Sequence record: OP953026.1
DNA: 64,000 nucleotides
Strand: one strand, 5' to 3'
This document shows positions 56,616-64,000 of this stretch, piece after piece; position 1 is the first letter of the stretch; the number at the start of each line of letters is the position of its first letter. A program made the position numbers and the translations under genes. Below the pieces are notes generated by a model. The model made no database searches, had not been told where the DNA came from, and saw only the letters and a program-made list of their open reading frames with translations.

Positions 56616-57128
56616 ATGACTATGTCTACTCTTGGTTGGGATTTAAATGGCGGTGCTCTGGACACGCTATATCAACTAGTTCGTCATGGTTTCCGTGAAC
56701 CAGGTGAGATCCCATCTAAAGCTGGCGCCGTCGATCTTGAACAGCTTCGACTGATTGATTACTTCCCGGATGGTTCCGGCATTGAGTTGACTCTATTGGG
56801 TTCTGTTGTTGGTGATCACATTGTCAACCATAAAGAACTGATCGGTTTCAAGATTGACTTCGCTGAACGTTGTGGTAATGGTGAACTTGACGGTAAACCT
56901 ATTCGGGTACTGAGTGACCATGATGACAACATCGTCTTTGTTCGTGATCTGATTCAAACTGCGGGCTTCAAGATCTCTGATCTGACCAGCGAGCACGATT
57001 ATGCTGTATTCCAGATCAATGATCCAGATACTGATGGAAAGTATATTACTCTTTATCCAGGTGACATTGTTGTCAAGACGGGATCTGGTTATATTGTTCA
57101 CACCACTACGGAAAACCAGAGTCGTTAA
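56616..57128 (+). CDS. hypothetical protein
   Basis: 170 aa with an N-terminal GEIPSKAG..DL winged-helix-like motif. Confidence 0.7.
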   Translation: MTMSTLGWDLNGGALDTLYQLVRHGFREPGEIPSKAGAVDLEQLRLIDYFPDGSGIELTLLGSVVGDHIVNHKELIGFKIDFAERCGNGELDGKPIRVLSDHDDNIVFVRDLIQTAGFKISDLTSEHDYAVFQINDPDTDGKYITLYPGDIVVKTGSGYIVHTTTENQSR

Positions 57129-57186
57129 ACAGTATATCGGGAGTCCATTTGGACTCCCTTTTATATCGTAAACATGTGAGGTCCAA

Positions 57187-57909
57187 ATGTTTGTAAAAAA
57201 GTGATCTACCCAGTAATATTGAAAATATCAAAGTTGGTGAGAAAGTTATCTCCCAATGGTTCGCTTTACCCAATTATACTGAGATGAAGAAGCTCTATTT
57301 GGATGATCTTCCAGCTCTCGGTTACCATCAATCAATGGCTGATTTTGAAGCAGCTGTCAGGAAATATACCACGGCATTCCTTATCGACAATCTACTGATG
57401 GATACTGCTGGTAAGGCTATCAACCCGATCTCACCTTACTTCCTCGATAAGGTCAACGAGCGCTTGGCAGAACTCGGTGATCCATTGTATCGAGTTACAT
57501 GCATTATATCTCGATGGCCAAACAAAACAAAATGCGTTGGTTGTCAGATGAGAAGGTTCGGATGAAGAAATACTTCTATTCATTGCGTCCTCTCCTTGCA
57601 GCATTGTGGGTTGAGACTAGCCATGAACATCCGCCCATGGTTTTCCATGAACTGTTACCTATCCTGTCAGATCCTATCTTGTATAAACGTATCCAAGAAT
57701 TGGTTAACGCTAAGGTTGGAGCTACTGAATAGGATCTGATTGATCGTTGCCCAGTTCTGGATCGGTTCATTGACTTCCATCTGGCTAAAGAGAAACCCAA
57801 CTTCGGTAAATATAAACGTCCGGACATCTATGCACTTACCGACCTAGCCTGGCATTTTGTTGACCAGTACAAGCTCGACACATTCGTAAAACTACCTGGT
57901 ACCGAATGA
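57187..57909 (+). pseudogene. fragmented predicted nucleotidyltransferase (PF10127/RlaP-like C-terminal half)
   Basis: Two frameshifts (A6 run 57195-57200; about 57495) and a TAG at 57730-57732 break one reading path. The HYISMA...KKYFYSLRPLLAALW...PPMVFHEL...PVLDRFI motif is family-typical. Confidence 0.6.
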
Positions 57910-57969
57910 AGAAAATATTAGTCAATAAAGAAAAAAGTCTAATACCATCTTATTAAAAGGAAATATACT

Positions 57970-58464
57970 ATGTTATTTAAAAAAGAAGTATGTATTGAGA
58001 ATATCCTAGTACTAGAAAAACTATACATGGTTACTAATCGTAAGGATAATATCTATCCTAATCCAGAGGTAACTTATGAAGATATTAAGAAATTTACCAA
58101 AACCTATGGTAAAATTCCAATGGACTTCTTAGGTCCATTATTACATGAGATTGTTGAACGGGAAGATTATATTCTAAAAGAAAAAGAAGCTCAAGAATAC
58201 ATTGATAAAATGCCTATTATTGTAGAACACGATAATAGTCGTATTGTTAATGAATACACTATCTTGAATTATATTATTCCAGTTACTACTCATCCTAATC
58301 TTAATAATCGATCATATACCATCAATCTTTATAAGTATGTCGACTGCCTAGAAAATACTACCAAAGCATTAAAACATTTTAGATGGACAAATAATCAAGA
58401 TTATAATTTCTTAAAGACGGTGCATGGCCGTTTACTAGATATTCTTGATATCATGGAAAGTTAA
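57970..58464 (+). CDS. hypothetical protein
   Basis: 164 aa, AAGGA RBS. Confidence 0.7.
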   Translation: MLFKKEVCIENILVLEKLYMVTNRKDNIYPNPEVTYEDIKKFTKTYGKIPMDFLGPLLHEIVEREDYILKEKEAQEYIDKMPIIVEHDNSRIVNEYTILNYIIPVTTHPNLNNRSYTINLYKYVDCLENTTKALKHFRWTNNQDYNFLKTVHGRLLDILDIMES

Positions 58465-58507
58465 TATGTTAAAAACATATTCATCTAATATACTCCATTA
58501 CATACGT

Positions 58508-58538
58508 TACCCTACTCCATATTGGGGTAGGGGTATTA
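58508..58538 (+). terminator. hairpin/terminator
   Basis: ACCCTACTCC-ATATT-GGGGTAGGG(G)T. Confidence 0.55.
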
Positions 58539-58553
58539 AGGTGGGGTATAAAT

Positions 58554-58847
58554 ATGTCAAGCAACAAACTATCTGCACAACTCAATCATCATCACAATAC
58601 TCGTATAGTTAATTATTATGTCTCACTAGCCGCAAGTCGTTATGGCGACACCAATCCTTCAGCAAAAGCTAAAGGTAAATGGCGTAAACATAATCCATTT
58701 AATTGTGGTAGGTCTCGTTGTATGCTATGTGGTAATCCCCGTAAGCGTTGGAATAGACTTACTCTTAATGAGATTAAAATTAATATTTCATTAAAAGAAC
58801 AATTAACTGAAATTAGTAGAGACATTGCTGAGCTAAATGAGGATTGA
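58554..58847 (+). CDS. basic protein with C-x4-C-x2-CGNPR putative zinc motif
   Basis: CGRSRCMLCGNPRK...TLNE pattern typical of a phage hypothetical family. Confidence 0.65.
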   Translation: MSSNKLSAQLNHHHNTRIVNYYVSLAASRYGDTNPSAKAKGKWRKHNPFNCGRSRCMLCGNPRKRWNRLTLNEIKINISLKEQLTEISRDIAELNED

Positions 58848-58918
58848 ACAATGTATGAAGAGTACGAAGCAATTTAATAGTTTAGATTAACCATTCGAAA
58901 TAAATTTGGAATAATTAA

Positions 58919-59041
58919 ATGAAAGTTAAAAATAAGCAACAGCCTAAATTTGTCAATCTAGCTACTATGCAAGCCGCATGGCGTTTAAATAACGCAGAGC
59001 TTAAAGCTAAGCGGGAAGCTAAAGAAAAGCAAAAAGAATAA
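58919..59041 (+). CDS. small basic peptide (40 aa), not in the ORF track
   Basis: MKVKNKQQPKFVNLATMQAAWRLNNAELKAKREAKEKQKE*, followed by a terminator. Confidence 0.45.
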   Translation: MKVKNKQQPKFVNLATMQAAWRLNNAELKAKREAKEKQKE

Positions 59042-59058
59042 AACTATTTGATTGCATA

Positions 59059-59092
59059 AAGAGAGAGGATAAATTCCTCTCTCTTTTTATGT
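59059..59092 (+). terminator. intrinsic terminator
   Basis: AGAGAGAGGA-TAAAT-TCCTCTCTCT followed by TTTT. Confidence 0.75.
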
Positions 59093-59161
59093 TGTTTTAT
59101 AACTTATATTTAGTCTAAAAGATAATTATGGAATAAACAAAAAATATCCTAACTGATATGT

Positions 59162-59692
59162 TTGTTCTTTATTCTTGACTTATTGAACCCAAAGAGGATT
59201 TTTAAAATGACTGATATTTTAAATAAAGATAACTTCTTTTCATGGGGTGCTGTAGTAGGTGGTGCACTATTACAGTATTTTGAAAATGGTAAACTTGAAG
59301 GTGGTTATAGTATATTTAAATTCAGTGATGATGTTAATGGCCTGGTAATTACAGGTGGTATAACGCATCGAAAAAATATCGGGATCCTGTGTGGTCAAGG
59401 TGATGATGAAGATCTATTTTTAGTATTCGTCATAAGTAATACTGAAAAGCCACATGCAGTATGGTATTACGATATTTATGTAGATGATGAAAGTAGTATT
59501 TGTTTTACAAATTCTTCACCTACCAGTGGTCGTATCTTTAAATCAGATACTGATGGAAATAATGACCTGTCGATAAGTCAATTACTTAAAGTAGTTAAAT
59601 ACTTAGTAGATGAACGAGTTCGTTTAAATAAAAATATAGTTAATTCACCAGGTTATAAAATCATTGAAGAAGATAAAGACTTTCAACTATAA
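59162..59692 (+). CDS. hypothetical protein
   Basis: 176 aa (the start may be the downstream ATG with a GAGGA RBS). Confidence 0.7.
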   Translation: MFFILDLLNPKRIFKMTDILNKDNFFSWGAVVGGALLQYFENGKLEGGYSIFKFSDDVNGLVITGGITHRKNIGILCGQGDDEDLFLVFVISNTEKPHAVWYYDIYVDDESSICFTNSSPTSGRIFKSDTDGNNDLSISQLLKVVKYLVDERVRLNKNIVNSPGYKIIEEDKDFQL

Positions 59693-59713
59693 TAAGTATT
59701 TTACAAAGTTACC

Positions 59714-59790
59714 ATAAATACCTCCCTTCGGGGAGGTTTTATATTGTGTTTTTTTGTATTCAAACATATTTAAACAGTATATTACAACAG
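59714..59790 (+). promoter_or_regulatory. terminator plus early promoter cassette
   Basis: ACCTCCC-TTCG-GGGAGGT with TTTA, then ATTTAAACAGTATATTAC (core 59778-59785). Confidence 0.85.
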
Positions 59791-59821
59791 TGAATTCAAT
59801 CTTGAAAAAAGGAGATATACC

Positions 59822-60151
59822 ATGAATATGTCCACTATTTCTACTGGTATTCTGGTGCTGGGCGGACTGGCATTTGGTTATAGCATTTGCAATGGTGTGC
59901 ATTCAGTTTATAAAGAACTGGCTATGGAAATCTATTATAAAAAGCAATTGACAAAAGTAAAAGAGAAACTCACCGAATATGAAAACAAATATGTAGAAGT
60001 ACCCTCAACAGCTGAAGTAAATATTTATATCGAACCTCTACTAACTGAGGCCCTTAATAAACTAGATCGATTCACCTATGGGTGTTTCCTAGCTGAGGTT
60101 GAACAACATATCGATTTTATTATTGATAATTACCGTGTAGTTAACAGATAA
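59822..60151 (+). CDS. early single-pass membrane protein; candidate phiKZ gp241 orthologue
   Basis: 109 aa, N-terminal TM helix (ILVLGGLAFGYSI), own early promoter, AGGAG RBS. Gene count from thyA fits recalled gp241. Confidence 0.55.
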   Translation: MNMSTISTGILVLGGLAFGYSICNGVHSVYKELAMEIYYKKQLTKVKEKLTEYENKYVEVPSTAEVNIYIEPLLTEALNKLDRFTYGCFLAEVEQHIDFIIDNYRVVNR

Positions 60152-60157
60152 TAAGAG

Positions 60158-60211
60158 CATAAAGCCCTCCCTTCGGGGAGGGCTATTGCACTAAATTTTA
60201 TTTGAGATCTA
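60158..60211 (+). repeat. 54-bp terminator-promoter cassette, copy 2
   Basis: Identical to 44686..44739; continues into a consensus TATATTAC (60210-60217). Confidence 0.92.
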
Positions 60212-60262
60212 TATTACATGTGTGTATTACAAAATCAAATTAATGTGTCGAGGTTTTAATAG

Positions 60263-60700
60263 ATGGACGTAGTTACTAACATTTGGGAGGACGTTCTTAC
60301 GAACGTGCACCACAAACTAAAGGTAATGGCCACTACTGCTGGCGATGTCATTCATACAGTGGAACCCAAATTAAATGAAATGATTAAATCGAATATTAAT
60401 CAACTACAGACAGAAAGGTATAGTCTTAGTTTAAACAAAACTAAAGACAATAAATACTACGCAAAATACCATGATAATCATCATGGCTGGGATGTTTATT
60501 TATTTGTTGAACAAACTAGGTATGGGGCTATTGTTGGTAGTGGGTTACGCCATCGTGCTAAAGAAGCTTGGGGGCTTAATAAATTCAGAGAATATAATCT
60601 TATCAAAGTAAGGTGTACTCGACAAAATAGTGTTGTTGATAGTATTGTCTTCTTCGATGATCCATCTGAATATTTTCTTAGAGCTGTAAATAAATTTTAA
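60263..60700 (+). CDS. hypothetical early protein
   Basis: 145 aa, GAGGT RBS. Confidence 0.75.
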   Translation: MDVVTNIWEDVLTNVHHKLKVMATTAGDVIHTVEPKLNEMIKSNINQLQTERYSLSLNKTKDNKYYAKYHDNHHGWDVYLFVEQTRYGAIVGSGLRHRAKEAWGLNKFREYNLIKVRCTRQNSVVDSIVFFDDPSEYFLRAVNKF

Positions 60701-60719
60701 ATTAACTAAAAGGTAAAAA

Positions 60720-61616
60720 ATGAATAATCTACAAGTTAATACCACTATTAAAGAATTACATAAACTTTTAATCTGTAATATTATTGATGGTAAACTAATT
60801 GAATATAATGATATTGTGAAAGAACTGAAAATTACTAATGATGAATTAGATAATCTACTAATAGCTATTTCAAAGCTATCTGATACACCAATTAATAATA
60901 TCTTTAAATCACTTTCACTAGCAATTGATCTACGTACAATTACATCCGTCATTGAAAAACTTAGTAATTCTACGAAACTATCTAAAAAAGAAATCCAGCT
61001 AGATCTATTAACTAGGTTAGGAATAAAAGATAATTATTTTTCGAATAGTTTTACCAACGTGTATCATGAACTAAGTGATATTATCAAAAAGCTTGAACAT
61101 AGTGATAAACTATATCAAACAGATTATCAAAACTTTATTATTGATAAAGTAACTAGTCATTTTAAAGATGTATTGTATTCGGCTGGTTATGCAATCAGTG
61201 ATATTTATAAGTACACTGATTCTAAAGTAGTTAATGTAGATAAAAATGGACTATTGATAGGTATGAGCATTACCAATTATGACTTCCATAATGAGGACGA
61301 ACCAATTAGAACTATTGGTTTTTCATTAATTGATGAAACTAAGGGTTGTGTTGGAAAATCTGAAACTATTAAAAAGTTTGATGTTGAATATTTTCTTAAT
61401 GCAATGGATACTATCAATATTAACCCTGCTGTTATTATTTTTTCAAATCAGTATCGAGAAAAAGACTTAGCCATTCATAATGCTATCATGAATGAATTTA
61501 AGGTGAACAAGATTTCAAATAATACACGTGACAATATAGTATCTTATCATACTGTCATGATGGGGCATAACTGTATTATCTCATTTAATCACAATGGGTT
61601 CCTATTGAAAATTTAA
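60720..61616 (+). CDS. hypothetical protein
   Basis: 298 aa, AAGGT RBS. Confidence 0.75.
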
Positions 61617-61673
61617 TAGAATATCAATTAAAAATTATCTTATGTAGTTTATCTAATTAAGGAAACAAAAAGA

Positions 61674-62030
61674 ATGCCAACTTATATTGAATTAATCAAT
61701 ATTGTCAATGATGATACTCCTGTAGATGATGCAGTTATTAGTGATCTGATGAGTCAAATGAATGATAAACAAACTGTTCTTGACAGTTGTCGTATCAATC
61801 ATAAAGGCTATGCTTATTTTAAGTTCCATGTTAAGGGATCAATTAGTAAGGATAAACTTAAGGCTCTAAATGAAACTTTAAAAGATTCTAATCTTGTTGT
61901 GACTGATGCTAGTACACAACGTGGTTTCATGCCACCTAATAAGTTTGATGATATCACTTATACTGAAGAGAGTGTTGGTTATAGGGCAATGGTCTGGACA
62001 AGCTTCACTATTGAAAAGCTACTTGTATAA
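61674..62030 (+). CDS. possible capsid vertex protein (phiKZ gp244-like)
   Basis: 118 aa with AAGGA RBS, upstream TATG and its own terminator. Identity rests on gene count only. Confidence 0.35.
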   Translation: MPTYIELINIVNDDTPVDDAVISDLMSQMNDKQTVLDSCRINHKGYAYFKFHVKGSISKDKLKALNETLKDSNLVVTDASTQRGFMPPNKFDDITYTEESVGYRAMVWTSFTIEKLLV

Positions 62031-62032
62031 TA

Positions 62033-62058
62033 AGAGCCCTTCGGGGCTCTTTCTATTT
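62033..62058 (+). terminator. intrinsic terminator (UUCG loop)
   Basis: AGAGCCC-TTCG-GGGCTCT followed by TTCTATTT. Confidence 0.85.
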
Positions 62059-62080
62059 CGCAATTAGGTATCTGTATTAA

Positions 62081-62515
62081 ATGGATAAGTATCCTATTCT
62101 ACAAGCTATGTCTAAAGAAGAGGCATTTAGACTTTTAGACATACAAGGTGAGTTTAGAAAAACTCAAATGAAAGAAAGGTATTGGAATGAGGAAACTGGT
62201 CTATGGTGGTGGGAACAACATCCCGATGTGAAATTAAGGATAGTTGCCGCCTGCAATAGATGGAAGGATGTTTATTTCATTGCAGCGAGGCATTCATCAA
62301 TCATAATGACTCAACAACAGCTAATGTATGGTGGTCTTAAGGTATTGCATGAATATGCAGGAGATGATCATGAACAAGGTTTTATTGATCAGTATGAAAA
62401 CTTCCACTCTAGGGAAGAAGCAGTAATTATCGCTAAGAATAATAATCAGTTATATCGAGCTGAATTAGAAAATAGATTAGTAACTAAATATTTATTTAGT
62501 GAAGACCTATATTAG
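62081..62515 (+). CDS. conserved phage protein (QGF.DQ...REEA..IA...LFSEDLY family)
   Basis: C-terminal motif typical of a widespread phage hypothetical family. Confidence 0.7.
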   Translation: MDKYPILQAMSKEEAFRLLDIQGEFRKTQMKERYWNEETGLWWWEQHPDVKLRIVAACNRWKDVYFIAARHSSIIMTQQQLMYGGLKVLHEYAGDDHEQGFIDQYENFHSREEAVIIAKNNNQLYRAELENRLVTKYLFSEDLY

Positions 62516-62545
62516 GTTTCCAATAATTTAAATAGGAATATAGCT

Positions 62546-63202
62546 ATGCTAATGAATGAAATTATCGATATTCTAGAAGGAGGGAAAGAGAATATTCTCT
62601 TAACTAACCATCTAGGTAATGGCAAATATTCCAATGCGGGTAATGCAATGGCTGCATCATATGCCATTGCGGCACATACTGCTGTTGGTCAATTGCGAGA
62701 TGGTTCAGGAAAACCTTACTGGCATCATTTATTACAAGTAGCTGAGATGGCGCAATTATTCGACCTATCTCACGCTGCTTATAAAGCAGCATGGTTACAT
62801 GATGTAATTGAGGATACTGCTGTAACTGCTTCTGATCTAACTAAACTATTCTCAATCCCTGTTGTTAATTTAGTAACTGAACTAACAAATGTAACTTACG
62901 AAGGTAATCGTAAAACTAGGATTAGTTTACAACATGAAAGACTTTCTCGCATTTCATGGAGTGGTCAATCTCTTAAGTTACTAGATTCCATTTCAAACAT
63001 GTGGTCGATTGTTAATGATAAGCCTGATTTTGCTGAACTGTATCTGACTGAGAAAGCTCAACTAATCAGTAAGTTAAATAATTGTCACCCCGCTATTAAA
63101 GATCTGGCTATATCTGTTCTCTATGGCAGGTGTACTATGGTTGGTGGGGATGCACTAAAAGAATATAATAAACTATTTTCTGATAATGAAATTGTATGTT
63201 AA
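62546..63202 (+). CDS. RelA/SpoT-type HD hydrolase (small alarmone hydrolase/Mesh1-like)
   Basis: AH...QLRDGSGKPYWHH, AAWLHDVIEDT, LVTELTN and LKLLDSISN motifs. Confidence 0.85.
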   Translation: MLMNEIIDILEGGKENILLTNHLGNGKYSNAGNAMAASYAIAAHTAVGQLRDGSGKPYWHHLLQVAEMAQLFDLSHAAYKAAWLHDVIEDTAVTASDLTKLFSIPVVNLVTELTNVTYEGNRKTRISLQHERLSRISWSGQSLKLLDSISNMWSIVNDKPDFAELYLTEKAQLISKLNNCHPAIKDLAISVLYGRCTMVGGDALKEYNKLFSDNEIVC

Positions 63203-63217
63203 AATAATTACTTAATA

Positions 63218-63292
63218 TACACCCTCCCTTCGGGGAGGGTTTTATTTATCTTTTTTTGTATTTAAACTATTTAAAAAGCTATATTACAAATA
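63218..63292 (+). promoter_or_regulatory. terminator plus early promoter cassette
   Basis: ACCCTCCC-TTCG-GGGAGGGT with TTTA, then ATTTAAAAAGCTATATTAC (core 63280-63287). Confidence 0.85.
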
Positions 63293-63320
63293 TGAATTTA
63301 ATAACCAAGAGGGCAATACA

Positions 63321-63584
63321 ATGACTGAACGTTTGAAATCCGTATGGTGCGCTTGCAGCTTACTGCGTGAACGCTGGAGACACATCCAAGACATTGCTGT
63401 CGGGGATGAACATCATGTCATAGTAAAAAACGATATGCTGATGGTGTTTCGTGGTCAAGTACCGGTAGGTAGCATGTACCGGGGTGACAGTGACCCACTC
63501 ATCTACGAGGGTGGTGCACTGGAAGAATTTACTAAAGTTGTATTGGATTTAGAATTCAATACTCGTGGTGAAACCAATAGTTAA
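63321..63584 (+). CDS. hypothetical early protein
   Basis: 87 aa, GAGG RBS, first gene after an early promoter. Confidence 0.7.
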   Translation: MTERLKSVWCACSLLRERWRHIQDIAVGDEHHVIVKNDMLMVFRGQVPVGSMYRGDSDPLIYEGGALEEFTKVVLDLEFNTRGETNS

Positions 63585-63610
63585 TAAAATTAATTTTGAG
63601 GTAATTCATT

Positions 63611-64000
63611 ATGAAATATGTAATTGCATTTATGTTGTCTATTGTAACTATCACTGCTAACTCGGCTGTCATGTACACTAATCGTGATTCATGCATCGAG
63701 TTTGTAAAACAGGCAGATGAATTGTTTGTAAAAGGTGCATCTGTAACTGAAGTGCAAATGAAGACTTATGAAAGGATTCATTATATCCTTAATAACACTA
63801 AAGATCTAAAGACCAACCAGTCTAAAGTTGAAGAACTCACTGGTCTATTTTACCTATGGTCTAAGGTAGATAAAATGGCAATTGAGGCAAGTTTGCCACG
63901 TGCAACAAATGCTGCTAAAGTCTATAAGACCACTCCTGAGAAATTCATCATTGATGGTTATTTCCAGCGTTGTGTAGCGGCAGGTGCGTTTGAAGCAAAA
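63611..64000 (+). CDS. predicted secreted protein, truncated by the window end
   Basis: GAGGT RBS; signal peptide MKYVIAFMLSIVTITANSA; frame open to the end of the window. Confidence 0.7.
   Translation, partial: MKYVIAFMLSIVTITANSAVMYTNRDSCIEFVKQADELFVKGASVTEVQMKTYERIHYILNNTKDLKTNQSKVEELTGLFYLWSKVDKMAIEASLPRATNAAKVYKTTPEKFIIDGYFQRCVAAGAFEAK

Noticed and set aside
22413-62792. Minus-strand or alternative-frame ORFs within the early region (for example 30497-, 39369-, 50066-, 54352-, 55318-, 60545-)
   Set aside because: They fully overlap well-supported plus-strand genes and have no expression signals.
22052-63240. Recurring CTCCCTTCGGGGAG as a CRISPR array or REP element
   Set aside because: Copies are kilobases apart at gene ends with U tracts; they are intrinsic terminators, not spaced repeats.

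Overview
AT-rich, gene-dense segment of a phiKZ-like (Phikzvirus) Pseudomonas jumbo phage genome. It is collinear with what I recall of phiKZ, roughly gp172-gp248; all gp numbers below come from recalled synteny and protein lengths, not a database search. The left third (1-22 kb) is a virion module: head maturation protease, head proteins, three split virion RNA polymerase subunits (the beta'-like one carries GADFDGD), the 2237-aa tail protein with a C-terminal lytic transglycosylase domain, and tail proteins. A second minus-strand virion block with an SF2 helicase lies at 31-35.7 kb. The rest is an early/accessory region of about 80 short plus-strand genes, punctuated by C(UUCG)G terminators often fused to TATATTAC early promoters. 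It encodes dTTP-supply enzymes (tmk, dcd, thyA), a DEDDh exonuclease, a SLOG protein, an AAA ATPase, an SspB-like ClpXP adaptor and a RelA/SpoT-type HD hydrolase. Top leads: (1) an Acb2/Tad1-family nucleotide-sponge domain at the C-terminus of a probable virion protein (21352-22044); (2) a highly structured ~200-nt intergenic RNA candidate (35725-35925); (3) the SspB mimic with a ClpX-binding-like tail, plus the alarmone hydrolase; (4) a perfect 54-bp terminator-promoter cassette repeated 15.5 kb apart; (5) a decaying operon with a fragmented nucleotidyltransferase (56215-57909). No tRNA, rRNA, CRISPR array, transposase or intron was recognised.
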